From Elsinoe ampelina (lineage: Eukaryota): a DNA stretch of 64,000 nucleotides. Positions 1 through 10,762 of this stretch are shown one piece after another. Numbering within the stretch: position 1 is the first letter of the stretch; the number at the start of each line of letters is the position of its first letter. The notes under the pieces were generated by a model. The model saw only the letters and a program-made list of their open reading frames with translations. It had not been told where the DNA came from and searched no databases. Location of the stretch: assembly GCA_010093995.1 (NCBI GenBank), contig ML992515.1, forward strand, positions 425,533-489,532, given 5' to 3'. The position numbers and the translations under genes were made by a program.

Positions 1-26
1 TGCATGGTCACAGCTGACAATCGTAG

Positions 27-255
27 ATGGTGGAACCCTGCTGCTGAATGGCAGTCTGCCGATCGCTGTCATCGTATCGGACAGAAACGTCCTTGTGTCA
101 TCACCCGTCTCTGCATCGAGGACTCTGTGGAATCTCGTATCGTCATGTTGCAGGAGAAGAAGGCGAACATGATTAGCGGAACGATCAACAACGACAAGGT
201 GGCAATGGAGAAGTTGACTCCGGAGGATATGCAGTTCTTGTTCCGCGGATCTTGA
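27..255 (+). CDS. RAD16: Last exon of a Rad16-like SNF2/RING nucleotide-excision-repair helicase (gene begins upstream of the window)
   Basis: Branch site CTGAC and TAG acceptor at 24-26. Exon reads [19 protein letters not shown] (helicase motif VI) and ends [10 protein letters not shown], the typical Rad16/Rhp16 C-terminus. Confidence 0.88.
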
Positions 256-794
256 GCTGTCCACGACAAGACACAAAACTCAAACAGCCGCTCAAGCTGG
301 CTCACTTCCCTTCATCAAAAGCATCTTACGCAAGTATTTGGTGGAAATTGGTCGGCATCCCCGGTGGAAATGGCACGATCTGCAAAGTATGGAGAGCATG
401 ATAAGCATTTGGGAGGCGAATGGGTTGCTGCTATTGAGCGAACAGTATCATAGTTGAGCATGCTAGCAGTCTAGCTTCGAAAGTGGAATGAATAGACTCG
501 TCACATGCATATACTTGGATCAGCTCTCGAGTTTGGTTATTAGCAAGTTGATAAACTCGGTTGAGGTTGAGATTGAGGTTGATGCATGCTGCTGTGTCCC
601 GAAGTGACCTCATTGAGACTTTCTTGGCGATGGCTGAGACCTCCGGGACTGAAATCTTGAATGGACAAAGCAAGATCTTGGTTCAAAGGTTGGGAAAGGC
701 AATCACTTTTCCTCGGGCTTGGTCTTCAAGAACAAGATGTACCACTTCAACATTGCAGCAGCTCCGAGATAGCAAGACCTGATTTGCGGCCATC

Positions 795-2471
795 ATGTCT
801 TCCCCGCCGGACTCACCAGCCACTACGTACCGCTTGGGTGGTCTGGCGCATTTCCTGCCGCTTGGAGAGGAACCTACTCTGTCCAGTCGTGGCCATCTAC
901 TTCCTCAGCTACTTCAGAATCGCAACTCTGCAAGCTATGCTGATTTACCCAAGCTGGCCGTCTCGCCTGGCCGACCGCGACGTCGGCCTTCCTCTATTGA
1001 CACTGGACCGCGAAGGGGCGAGGACGATGGAGAAGCCCAGCAAGATAGTGACTGGGAGACATTGGGGAGCGATCGAAGACGAAGTCTGGCGCCTCCAGCC
1101 ATGTTGACGCCCCAGATGAGGTCGCAGAGGTTGATTGGCAACTCGAATCCAAGATACAGATGGGAACGGTATTACAAGTCGGAGGAAGAGTTGAAGAAGA
1201 TGAAGAAGCCAATTCGGGAATACTATGAGCGGAACAACTATCTCATCCAGCAGTACATGTACATCGACCGATTACTGGACTCGTCCCTACCTCACAATCT
1301 GATTCAGGAGTACAGCCGGCCACAACCAGATGTGCCCCCAACCATCAGCGAGGAGAGCGGACAAACGTCTACCATGGCCTCACCAATGCTGAATGGATCC
1401 GACGGGACAAACACGCCGAATGACGGGCAAGAGAATGGGACAGCAAAGAAGCTCAAACGGACACCAAAAGCTCTCTACAAGGTGCAAGAGGACGAGAATA
1501 CCCCTCTCCTCAAGCAGCAGGATACCAACGATGAGGCCGCAAAACTCCTCCCAGAATACGAACCCGAGGAGGAGGTCGACTCCCAGTCCAAGGCCGTTAC
1601 CATTGCCATCTACGTCAACCTCGTAGCCAACACCATCCTGCTCGTTCTCAAAATCATCGTCACAGTCCTCACCTCGTCCGTCTCGGTCCTCGCCTCCCTC
1701 GTCGACGCAGCCCTCGACTTTCTCTCCACAGCCATCATCTGGACCACCACCTACCTCATCTCCAAAAACGACGCCTACAAATACCCCGTCGGCCGTCGCC
1801 GCCTCGAACCTATCGGCGTCCTCGTCTTCTCCGTGATAATGATCACCTCCTTCGTCCAAGTCGCCCTTCAAGGCCTCTCCCACCTGACAGGCCCCGACCA
1901 CACCATCGTCCAACTCACCATCCCCGCCGTAGCCATCATGGGCTCAACCATCATCATCAAAGGCGGCTGCTGGCTCTGGTGTCGCCTCATCAAAAACTCC
2001 TCCGTGCAAGCCCTCGCCCAAGACGCAATGACCGACATCGTCTTCAACTTCTTCTCCATCATCTTCCCACTCGTCGGCTACTTCGCCAAGATCTGGTGGC
2101 TGGACCCCCTCGGCGGGCTCTTGCTGTCCCTCTACGTCATCACCAACTGGGGCGGCACGAGTGTGCAGCACATCAAGAACCTGTCGGGGCAGGCAGCGAG
2201 CGCGGATCAGAGGAACGTGTTGCTTTATTTGACGATGAGGTTCGCGAAGACGATTAAGCAGATCCAAGGGCTGAATGCCTTTCATTCGGGGGATTTTTTG
2301 AATGTGGAAGCTGATATTGTGCTTGATGAACATACGAGTTTGAGGGATAGTCATGATCTGGGGGAGAGTTTGCAGTATGTGTTGGAGAGTGTGCCGTACG
2401 TTGATAGGGCTTTTGTGCATATGGATTATGCGGGGTGGAACTTGCCGACGCATATGCAGCAGGGGGAGTAG
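795..2471 (+). CDS. Cation diffusion facilitator (CDF) metal transporter, Mn-CDF/MTP-like
   Basis: 558-aa intronless ORF. Hydrophobic TM segments and motifs ASLVDAALDFLS, YPVGRRRLEPIG, ALAQDAMTD and C-terminal HDLGESLQ...RAFVHMDY. Confidence 0.92.
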   Translation: MSSPPDSPATTYRLGGLAHFLPLGEEPTLSSRGHLLPQLLQNRNSASYADLPKLAVSPGRPRRRPSSIDTGPRRGEDDGEAQQDSDWETLGSDRRRSLAPPAMLTPQMRSQRLIGNSNPRYRWERYYKSEEELKKMKKPIREYYERNNYLIQQYMYIDRLLDSSLPHNLIQEYSRPQPDVPPTISEESGQTSTMASPMLNGSDGTNTPNDGQENGTAKKLKRTPKALYKVQEDENTPLLKQQDTNDEAAKLLPEYEPEEEVDSQSKAVTIAIYVNLVANTILLVLKIIVTVLTSSVSVLASLVDAALDFLSTAIIWTTTYLISKNDAYKYPVGRRRLEPIGVLVFSVIMITSFVQVALQGLSHLTGPDHTIVQLTIPAVAIMGSTIIIKGGCWLWCRLIKNSSVQALAQDAMTDIVFNFFSIIFPLVGYFAKIWWLDPLGGLLLSLYVITNWGGTSVQHIKNLSGQAASADQRNVLLYLTMRFAKTIKQIQGLNAFHSGDFLNVEADIVLDEHTSLRDSHDLGESLQYVLESVPYVDRAFVHMDYAGWNLPTHMQQGE

Positions 2472-2647
2472 ACCGGTGAATGGTATAGAGGACTTTGTAT
2501 GTTTAATGGTGATATAGACGGGGGCAGAAGGTTGTCTCATCTCAACCGTCTCACATTCCGGGTTTTCAAGAGCAGGAAGACTCACATCAGAGCGCCAGAT
2601 ACGGGTGTGAACACATGTAAATCATCTCGCGTAATCTATCTGCCCTT

Positions 2648-3646
2648 CTACCATCCTCTCACAGCCAACTTCTCCTTCTCATGCATGCTCCCACAGTTGA
2701 TACCCACCATAGCCTCGCCCAATCCCTCACTAACCTGTGCAATGACCTTTGCATCCCTGTAATGCGTCGTAGCCTGAACAATAGCCTTTGCCCTCTTCGC
2801 CGCATCCCCCGACTTGAAGATGCCACTCCCGACAAAAACCCCATCACACCCCATCTGCATCATCAACGCCGCATCAGCCGGCGTCGCGATCCCTCCCGCC
2901 GCAAAGTTGACGACCGGCAACCTCTTCAACTGCGCCGTCTCCTTGAGCAACTCAAACGGCGCCTCAATCTCCCTCGCGTACATCCTCAACTCACTATCAT
3001 TCATCGCCGACGCCCTCGCAATCTCCTGGTTCATAGTCTGCATATGCCTCACCGCCTCGACCACATCCCCCGTGCCAGCCTCGCCTTTTGTCCTGATCAT
3101 CGCCGCACCCTCAGCGATCCGCCTCAGCGCCTCACCCAAGTTCCGCGCCCCGCACACGAACGGCACCTTGAACCCGTGCTTCTCAATGTGGTATGTAGGA
3201 TCGGCGGGCGTGAGCACCTCGGACTCGTCGATGTAGTCGCACCCGATGCTCTCGAGGACTTGGGCCTCGACGAGGTGGCCGATGCGCGCTTTGGCCATGA
3301 CGGGGATGGTGACGCTGGACATGATGGCGCGGATCATGGACGGGTCCGACATGCGGGCTACGCCGCCGTCTTTGCGGATGTCGGCGGGGACGCGTTCGAG
3401 GGCCATGACGGCGCAGGCGCCGGATTCTTCTGCTATGCGGGCCTGGGAAAGGGGGGGTTAGAAGAGGGGGAGAGGGCGGATGGGGGAAGAAGGTACCTGC
3501 TCGTCGTTGACGACGTCCATGATTACGCCGCCCTTGAGCATGCGTGCTAGACCGGCTTTGACGGCGAAGGTGGGCCCGTTGTCGGTGCCATTGCCGTTTT
3601 GCTTGGTGTCGTGGGAGCCATTGGTGGTGGGGAGGTCGCCGGCCAT
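2648..3646 (-). CDS. PDX1: Pyridoxal 5'-phosphate synthase subunit (SNZ1/SOR1/pyroA family), 2 exons, intron 3443-3496
   Basis: [14 protein letters not shown] spliced through a GT..AG intron to [23 protein letters not shown]. Also [30 protein letters not shown] and [11 protein letters not shown]. Confidence 0.97.
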
Positions 3647-4225
3647 TTTGGACGTGGGTGTGATGTCCTGCTCTTTGTTTTCTGTAGAGGGGTGGTGGGA
3701 GGTCGAGGTGAATCGTTAAGAAGTGGGGGAGGAGGAAACCAGGTGACGATGAGCAAGATAAGGCTCTCGGACTACGTCTGTCGGAGTTCGATCTACGCCC
3801 TATTGACAAGCAGAAAGAGTCAGAGGGATCACCGTCTGGCAAAAAAAGTCTAGCGATGTCGGGCCATTTCGAAATCTGACACAGACACAGAGACCCCACG
3901 GTTTCGCCCCTCTTGCCTCTTTCTGCCGCCAAAAAAAGAAGCCGACGTTTGCCGAGCCGCAGAAAATTCGAGGCCGAAGTTCAGGGTCCATTTTTGGATC
4001 CATTCCTGGCGTGGCGATCCGGAAGAAATCTGCAGGGACGAGAGATCTGGATCTGGATCGGCGTGTGCATTGGTCGACTCGGATGGGTTCCGATGCAATC
4101 TTGTGCGTCAACATGCCTCTTCTGGACATGGTGCATTCGGGAAGGACATCATACCGAGATCTGGCTGTCTTGGAGATTGTGTTACAGATTTGTATTACCA
4201 AAGATATGTTTCTCCAAGTGAATGT

Positions 4226-7065
4226 CTACACCGCTGCCTCTGAGCTTGTAGTGCTCGCACTGGAGTCGACACTGGTCGTACTGGACGTCGAACTGGATGT
4301 CGAGTTGGCCCCGACAGAATTCTGGTTGGCGCCCCACTGGTTGTTCCAATCGTTTCCTGCTTCCTTCGGGGCTTGCATGAACGGCAATGCGTAACAGCCA
4401 TTCGCGATACCACCGGTGATGCTCTCCCTGACCGCCTCGCCCATCAAAATCTCCGGACCTTTATCGGCGTCCTTTGCGAGGAATACTTTTGCTGGGTTCT
4501 TACCTGGGTCGTCGAATGAGCACAAGACTGCATAGAACTGATTCTTGTTCCTGTCCTGAGCGAGGTAGTATGCTTTCGTGCCCTTGGGCGAATCGTTGAC
4601 GTTCTCATCGGCTGACAGCGATCCGGTCGTGTTGGAGAAAGCGTAGAAGTTGACGAATTCACTCCCTTTGGGCATCTGATTGTCCTTGTGGAGGCGCAGT
4701 CTGCTGACACCGAGCTTATCCATGCTGTCGGTGTAGTAATGGAACAATCTGCTCACACCATCGCCAACGAGACTGTTCTTCGAGGTCTGGAAGACGCGAG
4801 AGCAGGTGAGGTTGGCAGCTTGACCCTCTTCACTTCGAGGGCGCAGATATAGGTTCCCGTCAGGGCAGCCCATAAGGAAGAACTTTTTGGTCGCGTCGAC
4901 AAGCTCGCTGTATTCTGTTCCTCCTTCGGCGGTCGTGTTGTACCCGTTGAACTTGGGCGATGTGATGGACGCATCAGATGCCAACATGGCCGGAGCGTAG
5001 TTTGAAGCAGGTTCCTCAGGGTTGCTGGGGTCAGTGGGTTCAGAAGATGCAATTCTACAAGCAGTCAGTCCTCTGAACACAAACGACATCTTGATCGACC
5101 TACTTGATGCAACCCTTGGTAAGACTCTTGACATAGGGCGTGATCAAGCTGAACTTCTTGCCCAGAATATCGGCAAAGAGCTCATTCTTAAAGTTGACCT
5201 GCGTAGCGACACCAGCACAACCATCAGTTTGGGTGATGGATGCTCCTGTTGCGTCGGCTGAAGCAGCAAACTCTGCTTTGGCCTCGAGACTGATGATTCC
5301 GTCAGTATTCGATCTGGTAGATGGTCAAGAGCGGAGCTTGCCTTGGACGCTCAACGACACCGACACCGAGCTTAAACTTGCCGCGCAGGATGTTGATACC
5401 AACAGTAAGACCGATAGGGAGACCAATCTCAGCAGCAACCGCGACCTGCCCAGACGCCTCGAAGATGGGCTCAAACTGAGGGGTCCAACCAGAAGAACCA
5501 GTACGACCCTTTTTCGCAAAGTCCAACGTGGCCTGAGCATTCTGAATAATGAACCTCGCACCAGCAAGCAGTCTTCCCTCAGCATTTGCTGTAAGGGAGA
5601 AGTCCGCGCCCAACTCAATCCAAGGACCTGATCTGTCAGCTCTACCCCCTCTCACCAGCCAGATATCCACTCACCAACCGTGATAATCCCAAACGACAAC
5701 CCAGGCAACCCCACATGGGCAATCTCCTTCTTACTCCCACTCTTCAACACGCCCTGCACATCCAACCCCAACGCAAACCCCACATTCAGATTCAAATTCG
5801 CCTGCACAATCCCCTCCTTGAACCCACTGTCCAACTGCCAACTCGCCTTACCATAAACCCTCAGACTCCCCGACGCCCCACAATCCACACAGTACACCCT
5901 CACACTCCCATCCACGCTCGTCCCCCCAGCCCCCTTGCCATTCCCCCCACTCGTCTTCTGCCCCTTCCACTCCTTCAGCAACTTCGCCTTCTGCCACGGT
6001 CCCGCTGCGTTCCCTCGGTCCTTCGGGATACTCCAGCTGAACTTCTTCTCGAATTCCTTCGCCAACGGCTTGTTGATGCCCGGGATCTTGATCGGGAACC
6101 AGCTCAGCCATCCCCGCTTGTACAAGTGCAGATGCAGATCCCGCTTTTCGGGGGGGGTTATCCGTCTGCCCCTCTGCGGCCGCGTTGGCGATGTCTTTCG
6201 CCTCCGTCTTGTTGAGAAGCGTGCTGGTGCCGTCGAGTGTCTTGTCTGCTGACTCGACCACGACGTCGTCCGCGGATTGATCACCGCCTACGCTCTTGAC
6301 GTACGCGCCGAAGGAGGTTTTGGAGGCGTCTTCGTAGCCCCTGCAGCCGTCGAGGCGGGTGTCGAAGCCTGGGCCGAGGGTGGCGACAGGGAGACCGTTG
6401 ACGGTTTCGGTGGCCGCGCAGGCGGTCGCGGCGGAGTCGGATTGACGCTTGAGGAGGGCTTTGGCGGGGGCTTTGGCCGCGGGTTCGTACAGGCCCCATT
6501 CAAAGTCTACCGCGAAGATGTAGTCGTTTGGTTCGACGAGGTCGGCGGAGCCCGTGGCCGTGTTGGAGGAAGCGTCGAAGGTGAGGGTGTGTGCGAGGAT
6601 GTAGCAGTAGTCACCACGGTCGTGGTCTGGGCAGATGTCGGCGTAGGTCATCATGAGGAGGTCGGCGTAGCCATCCCATGATTCTTGGGCGATGTTGAAG
6701 GATTCGGTGTCGCTGAAGCGGATGGTGACTACGTCGGCCACATCGTCGAGGTTCACCGCATCATCAAAGTCGATATTGACGGCAGGAACAGTGTAGGTGA
6801 TCTTGGTGGTACCGAAATGGTGCTCGGCGCGAGGGTCGGCGGCGCCATTCTGAGCGTAGTACAAAGTCTGTTGCTTGTTTGCACGGATGTTCTTGCGCTT
6901 GTTGGTGGTGACATTCCAGTGTACAGCGGGTTGCAGAGTGATGCCAGGCAGCTCCTCACCAGGTGTCCGCTCTACAAGAGTGGTGAATGCATCTGAGCCA
7001 GCTGGTACGGCGACAACGGCTGTGGCAAGCAGTGCCAGGCTTTGGAAAAGCTGGTAAGCCCTCAT
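4226..7065 (-). CDS. Large secreted protein of unknown function, with an apparent 1-nt frameshift at 6150-6157. Introns 5628-5674, 5290-5341 (GC-AG) and 5055-5103
   Basis: Signal peptide MRAYQLFQSLALLATAVVA, Kex2-like KR sites, a YCVDCG motif, a beta-rich middle region and an S/T-rich tail. The ORF pieces join in frame across the three introns. It recalls DUF7029/DUF7223-type fungal proteins, which I have not verified. Confidence 0.7.
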
Positions 7066-8063
7066 AGTGTAAAGAATGACTAGAGGTGGGACAATGTAGA
7101 GCCTCAAGAGCACGGGACTTACTGCCTTATAACCACGAGCGACTTTTTACTGTGTTTACCTGAATATCACGATCTAACCAGATGTAAACTGTGAGATGTC
7201 CCACGAGGAGTCTTCTCACTAGCCGCAGTGCTTGAGACTCTTTACCGCCCTCGTATAACTGACCCTGACCTATCGAACGGTAAAGTCCCCTCGCGGCGGA
7301 TGTCGGCTTTGAGGTCCATCTTGGATGTTGCACAAAGCCGCTGCGGAGACTGAGAAATGACAGAGCACACTTGTAAAGTATCCATTTGTCCAGCAAGATG
7401 ATTTCAAGCCGACTGCCATTGGGGAATGATGCTTTAGCCATCATGCGTAGTGCAGGTATAGGTTAGGTCCTTCTTTGGAGAGAGCGAAGAATTCATGGTC
7501 GTTCTGGCGGCATGGAAGGATGGGACCAGCCGCTTGAACAGGTGGAGGATCCTGAGATGTTCCCTTGCACAGTCCAAATGTTTTCGGCAGGTAGATGTGG
7601 ACATGACCGTTGGGAAATCGACAGCTGAACGGCAGAAGAAAAAGGTTCCATCTCGCTTGTCCGATGATTGGGGTGGAAAATAAATGCTGTCAAGCCAGTC
7701 AAGGGGGAAATTCCAGATTAGCCTCAACGGCTGAGCCAAACGGCAAACGTTTCTCCACGCTACCAAGCAGGACGTTGTGGATGGTGAAGAAATAAAAGTA
7801 GAGGAGAGTCAACCTCGGCGAGAGTACCTCACAGAAATGTTGTTCTACATTGCTAGGGAGTCGTGGCTCCCGTCCTTGTCTGGGTGTCAGGCAAAAGCTG
7901 ACGGTGGCGACGAAATTGTTAAACAGCCAGGTCATCTTTGATGGGGAAACGCATCACTCGTCTCCGAAATACAGTCCTTGATAGTTGAGCCCAGGATCGT
8001 ATTCCTTGACATGTAGCTGTGACCGGCAAGTGGCGGAGCATGTTACTCGCATAAGCCGCAAGG

Positions 8064-8927
8064 CTAAGCTTCACCAAGCATGGCAGCCACACCGTCCAGA
8101 GCCGCATCCTCCTCCACCTGATTCAGATCTTGCCGGACTCGAATACCATCGTAGTCACCAATTTCGATCTCCAGTCTTCTTTCGTACGCTCTGGAGATGT
8201 AGTTGGTGCGGGTTGCCGCCACCTCGAACTTGACTTGCGGATAAGTCTTTTGTACATGCTCCAGATTGACATGAGTAGGATGTAGGGAGATTTCCTCGGT
8301 CAGCCATGGCGCGACAATGATATGTATAGTTGCCACTCTACTCAGTCTGGTTGAAGATCGAAGGAAAAGGTCCAATTTTGATCGAATGTGAGGCTGACGC
8401 CGGCTGTAAGTCAATTGCAAGGTCTTCAATCCTGGTAGACCACACAGCTTGGACACACATCGTTCCCAACAAAGACCTTCTCTCTTGTCCCATCGTGGAT
8501 GAGAGTCGGACCTTTGGTTGGGGTGGTACCGAGGTTTTACAAAAGGTATCATGATGATCCCGATGCGGCGAATTTGATTCGCATTCTTGTCGCCCGTACT
8601 GTCTCGGAATGCGAGAAAAGCCTGGGAGCCCATGAAGAAGAAGCGTACATTCTGACATAAAGCGCTGATTGTCTCATAGGATGTGCTCGGGCCGATCAGT
8701 GGCAATGCCAGGGGCCGGTGGCATGCCTCTGCTTTTGTGAAGGAGCCTCCAGCTTTTCGCGCTACTAGGTACTCGGAGTCGCATGTGTAGCACGGATACT
8801 CTTCGAAGCTTCCATAGCCAAGACCATCGGTAGGCAGGTCGTTCCAGAAGAATAGGGCGGTCCCTCGGTAGACGAAGTGCCAGATGCGAAGTCGGATTTC
8901 CGTGGGAAGATCCAATAAGCCGACCAT
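8064..8927 (-). CDS. Fungal F-box-like (LLDLPxEIR) protein
   Basis: ATG at 8927 gives MVGLLDLPTEIRLRIWHFV, an F-box-like N-terminal motif. The frame stays open to 8064. Confidence 0.7.
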   Translation of the reverse strand: MVGLLDLPTEIRLRIWHFVYRGTALFFWNDLPTDGLGYGSFEEYPCYTCDSEYLVARKAGGSFTKAEACHRPLALPLIGPSTSYETISALCQNVRFFFMGSQAFLAFRDSTGDKNANQIRRIGIIMIPFVKPRYHPNQRSDSHPRWDKREGLCWERCVSKLCGLPGLKTLQLTYSRRQPHIRSKLDLFLRSSTRLSRVATIHIIVAPWLTEEISLHPTHVNLEHVQKTYPQVKFEVAATRTNYISRAYERRLEIEIGDYDGIRVRQDLNQVEEDAALDGVAAMLGEA

Positions 8928-9951
8928 AGGTTCGATCACGTCAAATGATGGTATATGTTGCAAGGTATGCACACCTCGCAAGGCTGATGGGGGCTTGTTA
9001 TCTGTTGTAGGGTCCCATGCCAGTGTTATCCTACCAGGGAGGCCGGTCACTAGTCCCGATCGAATAAGGATACTGGATAACGTCTCTGATACTCTTCGAC
9101 ATCGTCGACGTGTTGATGGCGTCGCTTCCCCAGCAATAGCTGCGAGCAGAGTGTTCCTGATGACGAGCTTTCGGGTTCTTTTCTGCTCTGCGTTACTCAG
9201 CTGCTGCAATTACCATCCGAGGTCTTGTGCACCGTCATTGTAGATGACATGGAGTTGCCCTAATGATGTAGATGTTTCAACGGCATTCACACACCTCTTG
9301 CAGGGGTTGTGCTAGTATTCGGAATGGGCGAAGTTGGCAAAGATGGTGAAGCTGAGGATTGCGGTAAAGTTGTCTGGCAGGATCTTGAGCTTACCCTTCG
9401 ATGAGATGACGGCGTGCTACGAAACTAAAGAGCAGGATCTAGAGGTCGCGGTGTGTTTAGCTTGGAATCTATGATAGGAGATGCGACAATCGCCGCATGA
9501 ATGGCGGGTGATGATGTTGTGGTCTGAGGTGCAGGTCGGACCATCAGCGAGGTGTTGCAAAGCCCGGCATGTACACAACACGTCTCTATAAAGCATCACA
9601 CAAACAATCGAAATCAGACACTGCCTTAGATCATCACTGAGGTGCTACATGTCCTTAGTCTGATCTACTAAACGCTTCTCGTATCATTCATTGGCGATTG
9701 AGCATTCCTGCGTCCATAACGCTGCCTATAACGCTGCCGGATAACTGCTCCGGATCCCGCAACCCCACGTCGACCACTACTCACGTGCTACAGCACTACT
9801 GGCGCTAACTAGCCACGAATGTAATCCATCTCTCTAGCCTGACCAGTCGCAGAGCTCCAGATGCAGAAGGTAGTGCCTGAGCTCAGCAGCCCGTGGCCTG
9901 AGATGCGCCCCCATCATGGTATAACATGTCCCTGGCAACCCGACACGTATG

Positions 9952-10593
9952 TTATTTTGATCCCTCACGTGCATCTTTTTGAAGCAGCATTGCCGCCATG
10001 AAGTCCTCCCAATGACTCCTCAGGACATGCCTGGGGAAGTCCACACTCAGAGTCGTCGCGGGTGAGATCTTGCGCAGCACACGAACACGACCCGGCCAGA
10101 AATCGTCTGCACTTCGGTTGTTCGTGAATCTCCGACCAACGCCATTGCGCATTTGAATATTCATGCTCGGATACCTAGAAAAGTCTTCATGTGAAAGCCA
10201 AGGCTCCATGCGAGCCACAGTCTGGAATTCGTCTACTGTAATTGACAGATGCTTGAAGAGAAGGGGTCGAGCTTCGTGGCAGATGGTTTTGCAAGCGTAC
10301 GGGAGACTTAGCAGATTGACCGCCGACACCATTGCGAAAGGGTCTGTTGGTCCAGCAGCAGGTTTACGGATATGCTCGTAAACACATAGCTTTGTGCTTG
10401 AACGCTCCTCGACGAAAATCTTTCTTCCCGTGAGAACGTAGCCCCATATGTTGAGTCGAATCTCGGTCGGTAGGTCCAGCAGGCTCTTGCGTGGTGGTGG
10501 AGAGACTCCCGGATCGGCCGAATCAGTGCCAGGTCGGTGCTCTGGCAGAGCGTATACCGCTGGTGTATCGACAGAGCATCGAAGTAGCGCCAT
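9952..10593 (-). CDS. Second F-box-like protein, paralog-like of the 8064-8927 gene; 3' end may be spliced
   Basis: SLLDLPTEIRLNIWGYV and LSLPYACKTICHEARPLLF, typical of this fungal family. Confidence 0.7.
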   Translation of the reverse strand: MALLRCSVDTPAVYALPEHRPGTDSADPGVSPPPRKSLLDLPTEIRLNIWGYVLTGRKIFVEERSSTKLCVYEHIRKPAAGPTDPFAMVSAVNLLSLPYACKTICHEARPLLFKHLSITVDEFQTVARMEPWLSHEDFSRYPSMNIQMRNGVGRRFTNNRSADDFWPGRVRVLRKISPATTLSVDFPRHVLRSHWEDFMAAMLLQKDAREGSK

Positions 10594-10762
10594 GTTGACT
10601 TGCAATCTTGTCGGAGGTCAAGTGAAGTGAAGGTGATGAAATTCTGTGTGAAGTGAAGAGATAGATACCTCACAGCCCGACTTTTCCTTCACTCCGAAGC
10701 ATATGAACCCACATGCTGGCAGCTTCAGCGAGACGACATGGCTCTTTCCGACGAATCGATGG

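Noticed and set aside
2681..3932. Long overlapping ORFs antisense or off-frame to PDX1, CDF and the secreted-protein gene
   Set aside because: Shadow ORFs produced by skewed codon usage, with no recognisable motifs.
9715..9750. Short repeat ATAACGCTGCC x2 (also GGTTGA-like repeats at about 559-582)
   Set aside because: Too short to distinguish from ordinary slippage repeats.
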